Assembly (NCBI GenBank): GCA_051362555.1
Contig: CM120643.1
Span: 2,852,001-2,916,000 of the forward strand
Length of the DNA: 64,000 bases
From: Lingula anatina
Lineage: Eukaryota > Animalia > Brachiopoda
Reading direction: 5' to 3'
In this document: positions 1 through 11,138 of the stretch, in pieces
Layout: each line of letters begins with the position of its first letter
Position numbering within the stretch: position 1 is the first letter of the stretch
Made by a program: the position numbers and the translations under genes
The notes under the pieces: generated by a model
The model's input: the letters and a program-made list of their open reading frames with translations, nothing else
The model's database searches: none
Told to the model about the DNA's origin: nothing

Positions 1-2802
1 TGCAGGTGCATACAGACGGAGAAGTTAAGGAAAGTTGTGTTGAACGGAGTTGAGGAATTTTCGTTATGCCTCGGTGTGTTGCCGTGGGATTCACCAAAAT
101 TGCAGCTCTCGTTGACAATCTTTCTTTGTCTGTGACGGTCTTCCGTGACTTACTTACTAACTTCGGTGACAATAGTTGCGATGCTCTAGATCATGGTCAC
201 CTCAGGTGGTTTAGATCATATCAAGAGCTGGTAGTCTTTCAGATTAACTGTCATCAGTTGGCAAACTTACTGATTGCTGATGCATTTTAAATGCATTGTA
301 GTTGACCAAAAGCTCGTTTACAACAAACCTGTTAATTATGCACCGCTGCAATTCCCAAGCCAGGTAATAACAGGTATGAAACTCGTCTTGGTGGGCTTTC
401 ATATTTTTCAATATATCTCATTTATTTCATGGGGTTATTTTATTGGTATTTGTAAATGACGTTAAATATCAATACTTAAACAATTAAGTTCAAACACGGT
501 CGCGAACATTAATAAAAGAAATTGCTCTCAGGGTATCTTGAAGCTTCCGTGGAAGAAAACGTGTTGAGGAAAAACAGGAAAAAGAGCGTTATATTAAAGA
601 AAAAATGGGAACTGCTATAATAAAATGGTTCGTTATCCTAATTCGTTTATGCTTTGAGGATTTGTTTCTGAAGATTATTTCATCTGAAATATTAAAGAAT
701 TTAAAAGATTGATTATTTTATAACTTGAAACGCAAATTCTGCGTCAGTACGCAATTTTTTTTTTGCAAATTTGTAAGCTTATAACAACGTGCTATAAAGA
801 TCTACTCAAGAAAAAAATTTGCTTGGGTAAAATTGAGTACGGAATGAACTGGAGACACTTGGCTTGTCATTAAGTTTACACGAAAATATGTCAGGTAACT
901 TTATACTGTCTTTGAAAGAGTAAAGATTGAAAGATAATTTTAGACAAACTTTGACGGGGGAAATACCTACAAAGAGTAATGGGCTATTTCGCCAACATCT
1001 TGTTAAAAATTTTACACTGCAATTCTATTCAAATAAGCTAAGGAACTAATTGCCAAATTAATACTCTCATCACATAACAGGGGGGTAACCAGACCTGCAA
1101 AAATTGTACGCACATATTTAAAAAGATTACAAGCACATACAGCAAAATGTAGACTTACGCAAAACATGAAGGACAGCGTAATCACAGCAAATGTACCTCA
1201 TATAGTAGCTTAATTTCCATTAATAATAAAATCATCATTTAAGTCAAAAATATTCTTGCGATTTAATAACTATTTTAATTTACCCAGAACGGTATATTTA
1301 TTTTAAAGGCGGTTAACTGAAATATAGTTTTATGATTTGTTTGTGAAAATTGCCCATGTCACCCTGTTAGTTTGGAGGTCTAAGCTGGATCAAGTCCGTG
1401 TTAACATTCCTATGAAGTTTTGCAGGAAAAATTCTTCCTTTCTTTCTCTAGCTCCTCGATAAACCTGGTGTTCAGATTTTATCTAGTACCCCCAGGTCTA
1501 CGGGAGCTGCGCTTTGTAACTAACGCACAGGTAGATTTTTACCTGAGATAACTGGAGAAAAGCTTAGATAGAGAGTGCGTTCGATACAAGCAAGACAAAT
1601 TGAATGCCATTTAACCCTCTAATTAAGAGGTAAAGGAAGTTCCAGGTAGATGGATGATTAAGATAGGACTTGTAAAGGTAACGGGCATTGTTTACCTCAG
1701 TTTAATAAAAGTATGCAAGACGGAGTGTCAGCGGTTTAATAAAATAAATTGAATTTCACAAATAACATGGACCTCATATGCAATAATCAACATTTCCCTT
1801 AACTCATTCAAATGCAGTGTTTTATACAACTTGGGATAACCATAATGAAATGCTTGTTAAAGAAATGACTAGACGGGAAATGGTTTTACACAGCTTCACG
1901 AGGATTTAGACCCCTCGGGTAAGAGATTTGAATGAGTATAAACTTTTATCAGAAGCCAGAGAAGTCATCTTACAGGTAGACAATGCAGCTCAGTTTGACA
2001 GCTAAGCACGCTCTGTTCTCCAGTGGCTCGATTGTCGTCATTGGACCACGTGACCACGTAGCTCATTAACTCCCAGGCCGAGCAAATAGGACGTTTTTTA
2101 AAGCCAAAAATTTACAAAATGAGCTTTTAATTTGTGTATTTGGATAAAGATATCGTTAGTTGGGCATGTTTTCTGAAGAATATGTTCCGTTCAGGCCATT
2201 CTGACGGCATGAAGCAAACCCTTTAATAAATACATAAACAAATAAAAGCTTATGTCTTTGATTTTACCATACCCTGGACGTGATCAATTTAAATATGAAA
2301 GAAATTTAACTGTTCAGTTAGTCAAATTTGTATTAGAGCAGGGAATTATATCCGATATCCTAGTTTGAGAAAAATTTATTTGTGCGGTAGACGTCCATGG
2401 CGCACATGACAGAAAAAGATATTCTTAAAGAGTGCCAGGGACAAGGGCAAAACTGGTCCAGGCCTACCCAACTACCAGACTCGGCACCTACGGATCCAGA
2501 ATAAACCGGTATATCAGACCACACTACCCGTTTTCAAGGTGTATGTCAGATCGCATTACAGAGCGCTTAATAAATACATAAACAAATAAAAGCTTATGTC
2601 TTTGATTTTACCATACCCTGGACGTGATCAATTTAAATATGAAAGAAATTTAACTGTTCAGTTAGTCAAATTTGTATTAGAGCAGGGAATTATATCCGAT
2701 ATCCTAGTTTGAGAAAAATTTATTTGTGCGGTAGACGTCCATGGCGCACATGACAGAAAAAGATATTCTTAAAGAGTGCCAGGGACAAGGGCAAAACTGG
2801 TC

Positions 2803-3662
2803 CAGGCCTACCCAACTACCAGACTCGGCACCTACGGATCCAGAATAAACCGGTATATCAGACCACACTACCCGTTTTCAAGGTGTGTGTCAGATCGCAT
2901 TACAGAGTACCATACCCCATCACAAATTTTGTAGGCCTACCTGTCATCCACCACACCGATTTTGCCTGGTGCGCTATGTGATAGCCATGATCGTAGTAAT
3001 AGATAGACCCCGAGTCAGCGAGGGTTATGTGGCATACACGAGTGCGAAGCACGAGTGGATGTCACATAATCCTCGCTGAGGAGGGATCTATCTTATTTTG
3101 TCCACGTTTCCATTAGCGGGTTATAACGCATTCATGCGAGACGTGCAGTTATGCGAGTTACACCACGTCTGAATCTTTTGTTCTTCACTTCCACCGTGGT
3201 CTAAAGCGGGGTTGGAAAGTAGTGCATCTCATCTAGATTCATGCGCTGCTGCAATTTGCCCTGTTTATGCTAAAAATCTGACAATACCGCAATTTTTTAA
3301 CATAAAATTTAGGTTCGAACATAGCCAATGATGTTTTGTAAATAAGAACTTGCAAACTTATATATTAATTTAGAAAAGTATACCTAATTTTGATAGCGGA
3401 AGCATATTCTGTCGGGGGTTAAATAAAATTATGCGATTTTTTCACCGACTTCCGTCTGTCGCCATGTTGTTGTATTCATACGACTCCTACTTGACGAAAA
3501 CGAGGCGCGATACACGGATGACAGGTAGGCCTACAGAATTTGTGATGGGGTATGATACTCTGTAATGCGATCTGACATACACCTTGAAAACGGGTAGTGT
3601 GGTCTGATATACCGGTTTATTCTGGATCCGTAGGTGCCGAGTCTGGTAGTTGGGTAGGCCTG
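2803..3662. mobile_element. Non-autonomous DNA transposon with ~147-bp TIRs (CAGGCCTACCCAACTACCAG...), copy 1
   Basis: TIRs 2803-2949 / 3516-3662; second copy at 31210-32049; no coding capacity; internal hairpin centred on CACGAGTGCGAAGCACGAGTG. Confidence 0.85.
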
Positions 3663-3696
3663 GACCAGTTTTGCCCTTGTCCCTGGCACTCTTTAA

Positions 3697-3919
3697 CGGC
3701 CCCTTTACACTGGATGGCGTCCTCTCTGCGTCCAGCGGTACGGCCCCATTTGAGAGTTAAAAAATTATAATACTTTACGTGCCGACAACTGGCCGATCAT
3801 TGAGCATTCATTCTGATACAAAATCAATGCTTGTGCCTACTTATTAAGACCACAGCGATGCCAAATTTCATGGTCGCAGAAAGGACGCAGAAAGGACGCC
3901 GTCCAGTGTAAAGGGGGTA
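3697..3919. mobile_element. PIF/Harbinger-type (Tourist-like) MITE, family D, copy 1
   Basis: TIR CCCCTTTACACTGGAYGGCGTCC; TAA TSD (3694-96/3920-22); the empty site is visible in the opposite palindrome arm (GATATTCTTAAAGAGTGCC). Confidence 0.85.
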
Positions 3920-4882
3920 TAAGAATATCTTTTTCTGTCATGTGCGCCATGGACGTCTACCGCACAAATAAATTTTTCTCAAACTAGGATATCGGATATA
4001 ATTCCCTGCTCTTATACAAATTTGACTAACTGAACAGTTAAATTTCTTTCATATTTAAATTGATCACGTCCAGGGTATGGTAAAATCAAAAACATAAGCT
4101 TTTATTTGTTTATGTATTTATTAAGCGCAGGCTGATATAAGCTTATTTCGCCTACAAGTGGTTGAATTGTAAAATAACGTTGAATTGCTAATAGTAATGC
4201 TGCATTTATATGAATAAAAATATTGATAAGGAACAAAATAAAATAAAATAAAATAAAACAAAGTAAAAGAAAATAAAATAAAGCAATAATTGTTATAAAT
4301 GAGCGAGAAATCTAGAATCAACCCAAGCATTCTTGTACAATATGTAGTATACTTATTTCACTTACAGGTAGGAATTCTCGACAAAAAAATTCCCCATGCC
4401 TAAGGTGTGTATGATTTATCGAGCTGCAAGGCGAAATCGATAAGGTGACCTGATTTCGGTATTGTATTCAGGAGACATTGAATGCCTGCGCCATAACGCA
4501 CCAGCAAATCCTTTCAACATTCACAGCGTTTGTGTAAAGAATAAAAAAATCCGCAAGGGACTACTTCTTTTATTGTGCATGTATAGTCCCATTGTCCCGT
4601 ACGGCCGCACAGCGTACAGCTACAGGGGCTGAGCTGAAGGAGACAGCGTCTGTTGGGTAGCGGTCAGCCAGTGGTCGCTTCTCTCTCAACAAAACGTCGT
4701 CTGCAGAAGATCAGTGTCACCGGGCGTTCGTGACAGGTAAGGTAGAGACGTAAAGGTATGGCTGAAACACGCCCTGGTATGATTTTCGTGTTAATCGGAG
4801 CTTGAGCTAGTCTTAAATCCGGTTGAATGGCAGCAGGTAAAGGTATAACTCTGCCACAGAAGATGATAACGTATTAACCCAA

Positions 4883-5159
<277 letters not shown>

Positions 5160-5351
5160 CACCATTAACCAATTTTGCAATCTGCTATTATTATCATGAT
5201 TAGGTGGTACGTTTTATTTGAATACCCCCTCCCCCCTTCCCCCCCCCCCCCGCCCTACCCACCGACTCTAAGGTCATGCCAGTTTACTCTCCACCATTGC
5301 AGTCATAACTTAGACTGCTTTATATAGGCCTACATGTTCATGTGCTCATAG

Positions 5352-5518
5352 TAGGCCCTTAGCCAGGGGGTTCGGGGGGTTCGACCCCCCTCCCCCCTTT
5401 TGTCGTGAAAAGGTCCCCTCTTGGTAAAATTTTACCTAGGTGCACGAGGGTGTCATGGTAAAAGGTCTTCTTTTCAAGAACCCCCCCCCCCCTTTAAAAA
5501 TTGCTGCCTACGGGCCTG
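5352..5518. mobile_element. Short degenerate TIR element (AGGCCCTTAG...CTACGGGCCTG)
   Basis: Imperfect terminal inverted repeats and G/C runs; no clean TSD seen. Confidence 0.45.
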
Positions 5519-6104
5519 CACAGAGGCGCCATGTGATCTCTCGGGCCTTGGGTACCACCCTTACTGCTCCATTTATATACACACCCTCCTGGCAAATTTG
5601 CGCTGCATTTTGCTGACATGCTTAACTCATTCAATATTTACGGGGGGTCAGTGAGATTCGCCAATATGCATAACTACAAGGTACAGGGGGGCCTATATCC
5701 GAATTTATTTTATATGTTTATTTACCCTGGCATATCACATATGTCAATAAACAAGTGTGAGCTTGACCTAATTTCGCAACCACTAATGTCGCTTTTGTCA
5801 AAGGTGTCAAAGCATGCATAGTAGGTGACATAATGATATATTATTCGGGGTCTCTTCTTTTCCTTCTCTCAGCGTGTAGTTAAGCACCATCGGTGGTAGG
5901 TCTATAAATAATATCCTTGAATGCCTTGAGCAGGAAACGCCCCCCCCCCCCCCCCCCTCAAAGCATTTTTCTCTGCCCACGGCCCGATAGTACGGTAGTA
6001 AGCTTATAAATCAGTATCTGTTAAATATGAATTCAAGTATGAAGGTATGTGAGATCTGACTGCATCAGGAACTGTTAAGACTGGTGTCCTTTTTTCTCGT
6101 GCGC

Positions 6105-6289
6105 GCACACACACATACACACACACACACACACACACAGACACAAACAAACAAACACACATACACACAAAACATACACAAGCACACACACACCACACAC
6201 ACACCACTCACACACATACACACACATACATGTACATGCAACACACACACAGAAACACACACACATACACACACACATGCATACTGTAC

Positions 6290-6328
<39 letters not shown>

Positions 6329-6343
6329 TGCTGCACTCACACA
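6105..6343. repeat. Degenerate (CA)n microsatellite
   Basis: About 240 bp of interrupted CA repeats in the intron upstream of the first glycosyltransferase coding exon. Confidence 0.95.
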
Positions 6344-6812
6344 TCTATCATAGTCTACAGGCTTAGAGAAGGGTCACAAATAGAGTACAGAATCGTTTTT
6401 TAAGCTTTGCAACCCGCAAAAAAATGCAGTAGTATCGAAAAAAATAGCAAAAAAGTAAAGCAAAAAAGCATTAACGCAGTAGTGGTGTGGAGCATATTTG
6501 CAGTAGAAATGCAGCATAGCCTACTGTAATTCTACTCCAAAAAGTACATAGGTTTGTACAGAGAGGAGCATTAATGCAGTAGATTAGCAGCATGATAGAA
6601 GCATGTTTCAAATATGCTAATTATAGCTCCTACATTGAAGCAGATTTGAAGCATGTTTACAGTATGATTGCAGTAGTCTACTGCGCTGGAGTATCTACTG
6701 CGTTTTCTTGCGGGATGTTCACTTTATCTGTCGTAGTGTTTGTAAAAACATGCACGTACTATATTACCTTGACCCTTTTCCTTTCACATTATTTGCAGGC
6801 TCACCAAACACA

Positions 6813-9641
6813 ATGTACTGTCGCAGAGACACGAGAAGAAAGCTCGTATGTTTCCTGGCGGGGTTCGTGGTCGTTGGGGGTATCACAGTTTCATTGCTAG
6901 GACTCATGAAGAAGGACCGTTCTCTTAATGCCCAAAATATGACGGGCGATCCTCGCAAGTCACGAACGTCTTTCAAAGACTTTGCGATGCTCAGGCATTA
7001 CAAGTTGGGCAAAGATACCATACTAAGTTTTGCCGTGTACGACCCCAGGACCATTAGACGGATAATCATTTTCGCTGCACAACCACCTGCTTCTAAACCA
7101 CTAGAATGCCTCTTCGAGCAGAGTAAAACTCGTCCTATAGTGCGAGCCACCAGAGAGCTGGTCAGTCCGAGTGCTGACACTAATGACCTATCCAATGTCT
7201 TGAACTTTTACAGTTTTGAATGTCCACTTCCAAAAGACATGATCGTTCCGCCACACAGTATTGGGGTTCAGAGTCAAGGGACTTCTGATCGGATACCCAT
7301 TCCAGTTTCCAGGTTTCCAAATCCACTGCATCCAAGTGCTCCAATTCAGCTGGCCGCTTGTATCAAATCAACACGTGGCAAATTCGACCCTGTGCGTTTA
7401 GTGGAATGGTTCGAAATGAATAAACTTTTAGGTATTGGGAATTTTATCATGTATGACGGGGGTGTCACAGGCAAGGCTAAGAGGGTCTTCGATTATTATT
7501 CCAGCACAGGAGCCTTAACTCTCATAACGGACATGTTTTCCTCGTTCGTGATTAACAAGGCCGAGTCCATCATACCGTACGCCTTCGTGTCAAGGCGAGA
7601 GGAGAAGCAAAAAGCACAACTCTTACAGGCAGAACTAGCGAGTATCAACAACTGCATATACCGCTTTAAAGATAAATATAACCACATTTTAGTGATCGAT
7701 CTTGATGATGTCCTCATTCCTTCCAACGAAGAACCCATCACGAAACTTCTTGAGCGTTTAGTCCAGTGGCAACCTAAGGCCTCGGCGTACGCGTTCCAAT
7801 CTGTTCACCACTTCACAGACTTCGGTTCCAGCGATACCACTCACAAGATCCCCACCTATCTCCATATGCTGCGTCACTTAAGGCGTACCGAGGTGGACTG
7901 GTTTCAGGCCAAGAGCATCCTTGTACCTGATAGGGTGTACACCGCCAATTGGCACAAACCACGACCACTAAGACCGCAGAAGGACACAATTCAGAAGGTC
8001 GAGGAAAGAGCTGGTTTCATCCACCATTATCGTGACCACTGCAATTATTGGTTCTCTGATAGACCTTGTAGCAAAGTGCTCAAATCTTGGACGGTTGATT
8101 CTATTGTGCCTCGATATAAAGATCGTTTGGATGCCAACGTGTTAAAGATTCTTAAGAAGCTAAACCTACTGGATAGCGTTGGTAACGGCAAATTTCCTTC
8201 TTACAAAATGGATTCATTTGAAGGAAGTCAGCCCAAGAGACTAGGCTTAGGAAGTGATAAAGAAAACGTAAAGCCAAAATTTAGCATTAATTCTGCCAAC
8301 ATCCCCTCAACAAAACGCCCTTTCCTAAGTGCCGACGATGTAAATACACAGCCAAAGTCAAGGGTGACTTCCCTTGGCGCAAATACCATCAGACCCCAAA
8401 CTTTAAGTGGCAGTCGAGACAACGAGCATTTGCCAGCAGAGGCAAAGTCTCTTGGCAGGCGTCCCACTACAAGAAGACCAACAGCAAGAGAATACCAAGA
8501 CAACAAACAAACACAACCAAATTCTTTTGGCAGGCGTTCCACTACAAAACGACCAGCAGTAAGAGAATACCAAGACAACAAACAAACACAACCAAATCCT
8601 TTTGGCAGGCGTCCCACTACAAGACGACCAGTAGCAAGAGAATACCAAGACAACATACAAGCACAACCAGAAACAAATCCTCTTGGCAGGCGTCCCACTA
8701 CAAAACGACCAACAGCAAGAGAATACCAAGACAACAAACAAACACAACCAAATTCTTTTGGCAGGCGTTCCACTACAAAACGACCAGCAGCAAGAGAATA
8801 CCAAGACAACAAACAAACACAACCAAATCCTTTTGGCAGGCGTCCCACTACAAGACGACCAGTAGCAAGAGAATACCAAGACAACAAACAAACACAACCA
8901 AATCTTCTTGACAGGCGTCCCACTACAAAACGACCAGCAGCAAGAGAATACCAAGACAACAAACAAACACAACCAAATCCTTTTGGCAGGCGTCCCACTA
9001 CAAGACGACCAGTAGCAAGAGAATACCAAGACAACATACAAGCACAACCAGAAACAAATCCTCTTGGCAGGCGTCCCACTACAAAACGACCAGCAGTAAG
9101 AGAATACCAAGACAACAAACAAACACAACCAAATCCTTTTGGCAGGCGTCCCACTACAAGACGACCAGTAGCAAGAGAATACCAAGACAACAAACAAACA
9201 CAACCAAATCTTCTTGACAGGCGTCCCACTACAAAACGACCAGCAGTAAGAGAATACCAAGACAACAGACAATCACATCCAGAAACCAAGCCTCCTAGCA
9301 GGCGTCCTGCTGCAGGAGAACGCCAAGATAACGGGCAATTCGAACCACAGAATGGGCCTCTGGGCATGCGTTATACTACAAGAAGCCCAGTTTTAGATAC
9401 CAATCCTGGAAAAGCAAAACTAAACATAAATTCTGTAAATCAGCGCCGTACAAAACGACCTCCCATGGTTAAACCGGGCAACGGAACATATGCAACGGTC
9501 TTAAACATGGGACAAAATGTCCCGAAAGAGGCCTGGCCAAAGTCAGTGAATCGAAATCGAACTCTAGACAAGTCAAAAGACGGTGAACGAAAAAGTGTCC
9601 CAGGAATATCTCGAAATCAGCTATATGATAAAAGCAAGTAG
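6813..9641 (+). CDS. Glycosyltransferase family 92 (DUF23)-like type II membrane protein with C-terminal tandem-repeat tail, 942 aa, single coding exon
   Basis: Acceptor TTTGCAG ends 6798, ATG 6813. Basic N-tail plus TM (LVCFLAGFVVVGGITVSLLGL); GT92-like motifs LAAC, LVEWFEMNKLLGIGNFIMYD, QAELASINNCIYR, DxD (VIDLDD), KSI..P, IHHYR. Probable 5'UTR exon ending at AG|GTAAG 4736. Confidence 0.88.
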   Translation: MYCRRDTRRKLVCFLAGFVVVGGITVSLLGLMKKDRSLNAQNMTGDPRKSRTSFKDFAMLRHYKLGKDTILSFAVYDPRTIRRIIIFAAQPPASKPLECLFEQSKTRPIVRATRELVSPSADTNDLSNVLNFYSFECPLPKDMIVPPHSIGVQSQGTSDRIPIPVSRFPNPLHPSAPIQLAACIKSTRGKFDPVRLVEWFEMNKLLGIGNFIMYDGGVTGKAKRVFDYYSSTGALTLITDMFSSFVINKAESIIPYAFVSRREEKQKAQLLQAELASINNCIYRFKDKYNHILVIDLDDVLIPSNEEPITKLLERLVQWQPKASAYAFQSVHHFTDFGSSDTTHKIPTYLHMLRHLRRTEVDWFQAKSILVPDRVYTANWHKPRPLRPQKDTIQKVEERAGFIHHYRDHCNYWFSDRPCSKVLKSWTVDSIVPRYKDRLDANVLKILKKLNLLDSVGNGKFPSYKMDSFEGSQPKRLGLGSDKENVKPKFSINSANIPSTKRPFLSADDVNTQPKSRVTSLGANTIRPQTLSGSRDNEHLPAEAKSLGRRPTTRRPTAREYQDNKQTQPNSFGRRSTTKRPAVREYQDNKQTQPNPFGRRPTTRRPVAREYQDNIQAQPETNPLGRRPTTKRPTAREYQDNKQTQPNSFGRRSTTKRPAAREYQDNKQTQPNPFGRRPTTRRPVAREYQDNKQTQPNLLDRRPTTKRPAAREYQDNKQTQPNPFGRRPTTRRPVAREYQDNIQAQPETNPLGRRPTTKRPAVREYQDNKQTQPNPFGRRPTTRRPVAREYQDNKQTQPNLLDRRPTTKRPAVREYQDNRQSHPETKPPSRRPAAGERQDNGQFEPQNGPLGMRYTTRSPVLDTNPGKAKLNINSVNQRRTKRPPMVKPGNGTYATVLNMGQNVPKEAWPKSVNRNRTLDKSKDGERKSVPGISRNQLYDKSK
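8454..9296 (+). repeat. Coding minisatellite: 8x75 bp + 3x81 bp units (GRRPTT[KR]RPxxREYQDNKQTQPNPF)
   Basis: 11 in-frame units totalling 843 bp, with degenerate units on both sides. Confidence 0.95.
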
Positions 9642-9739
9642 CTCAAGAACGTGCCTTAACCAAAAGGAATAATTTCCCAAACTTACCACTTGCTTACTAG
9701 AGAGAAGGGATATCAAAAGAATGAGCTCACACCATGTTA

Positions 9740-10240
9740 TAGGGTGGTTAAAAAAGATGTTGACATTTTTGATGACGTAGCCTTTTTCTACTAAAAGACA
9801 ATCTTCACAATGTTTTCCATAGACCCGTCTTACAGACATGTAAGTTTTATGTGGTGAAAGTTTTGTTTTTTTTTTTTTTTTACTTGTATACCATCATTTT
9901 GCCAGCACATCTCAATAGTTTATAATGTGCTCGTTCCAAGCATCTTGGCGCCAAATCACTGTGGATATACTCGCACAATGAAGTTTGTACTGATAGTGTG
10001 CAACATGTCGTGGGAATTTCTTCTGATCTTCGTTGAAATGTTATTCTTGAGAGCATCAATAAATTGAGAATTGTTGATATAGGCACTGTCTTTTAGGTTT
10101 CCTTACAGAAAACAATCTATTATAAACTTTTTTTTTTTGCGATAAATGTCTGTAAGACGGGTCTATGAAAAAATTGCTCATTTTGTCTTTTGGTGGATAA
10201 ATTATTTTTCAGAAATGTAAACACTTTTTGGGTCACTCTG
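9740..10240. mobile_element. Old Tc1/mariner-like non-autonomous element
   Basis: Degenerate termini TA-TAGGGTGGTTAAAAAAG / CTTTTTGGGTCACTCTG-TA and an internal inverted pair CATAGACCCGTCTTACAGACAT (~9818) / ATGTCTGTAAGACGGGTCTATG (~10146). Confidence 0.5.
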
Positions 10241-11138
10241 TATAACGCTCTACTCGATATGTTAGCTGTTAAGTCTTGTATCAATGTTTTAGATATTTTA
10301 CAAACATAGCCATTTTGTACGCGGAGACATTTTATTGCGAATTTACGTTTTCTGGGGCTCCTTCATTTATGGAAACAAATAATGATATGTTAAGAAGCAG
10401 TTTATGGATAAGGGTGTCTAGTTATTTTTAAAAAAACGTGTTTTGACTATATTAAAACCGCACTGGGCTGGATGACACAAACAGCACCGCTGGCAAAACT
10501 GATCTATGTAACTTAGAAGTGCTGATTCACTGTATGCCGCCCAACGCGTAATATTGTGAGATTTATCAGCGGCCGTGCACTTTACATCTAAATACAGATA
10601 GATAGAGAAGCAATACTCAGACGAAATGTGTCATGGACCCACAACATCTGCAGAAACATTAATATCATTCAGGATTGACATGCAATATTCAAGTCGCATT
10701 GTGATAAATTTTAAGAGGTTTTTGTCTACATGCTGTATATGTATGTGTACTTTTTTGTCTGTGCTTGTGTGTGTTTAAAACAATTAGGGGATTAATAAAA
10801 AATCAGTTAAAACATTACTGTAAAATACAGTTAATTGGGCAATATATCTTATTAGAATGTTTTAATAGCAAATAAAAGGCAAACAATGATATTAGTATAG
10901 ATGAATTCACCTATCAGTTGGCCTGACATTTATCCATGCATGTTAAACATGTTCTGATATTGCCTCTTATCTTACTCTATCTTCCTCTCCCCCCCCCCCT
11001 CCAATCCCACCCAAACACTCACACGTGGGACGCGGGCGAAAACACGAATACAATTGTATATTACGTAACTAATTTTTTTAATTTGGATTTTCTATAAAAT
11101 TTCGCAAAAAAAGCTGATTCTTTTAATTCAACAATGTA

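Larger units (their letters stand above)
2223..4128. repeat. Nested palindromic (foldback) composite repeat with a tandem duplication of its left arm
   Basis: 2563-2949 is the near-perfect reverse complement of 3516-4128 once the MITE at 3697-3919 is removed. 2223-2562 is a direct copy of 2567-2906. Segment junctions are TTAA (2567, 2769, 3693, 4121). Confidence 0.9.

Noticed and set aside
1-330. Possible minus-strand exon leading to an ATG at position 11
   Set aside because: An acceptor-like site at ~329 and a short open frame exist, but no recognisable protein; cannot be evaluated at the window edge.
6708-6812. N-terminal 35 aa of the 977-aa ORF
   Set aside because: TTG start upstream of a splice acceptor at 6798; the likely start is ATG 6813.
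8454-9296. CRISPR-like periodicity
   Set aside because: Whole units repeat with no unique spacers, the array is in frame within a eukaryotic gene, and no cas genes are present.
8228-9367. Long minus-strand ORFs (379 and 289 aa) rich in Cys/Val/Leu
   Set aside because: Antisense shadows of the stop-free coding minisatellite.
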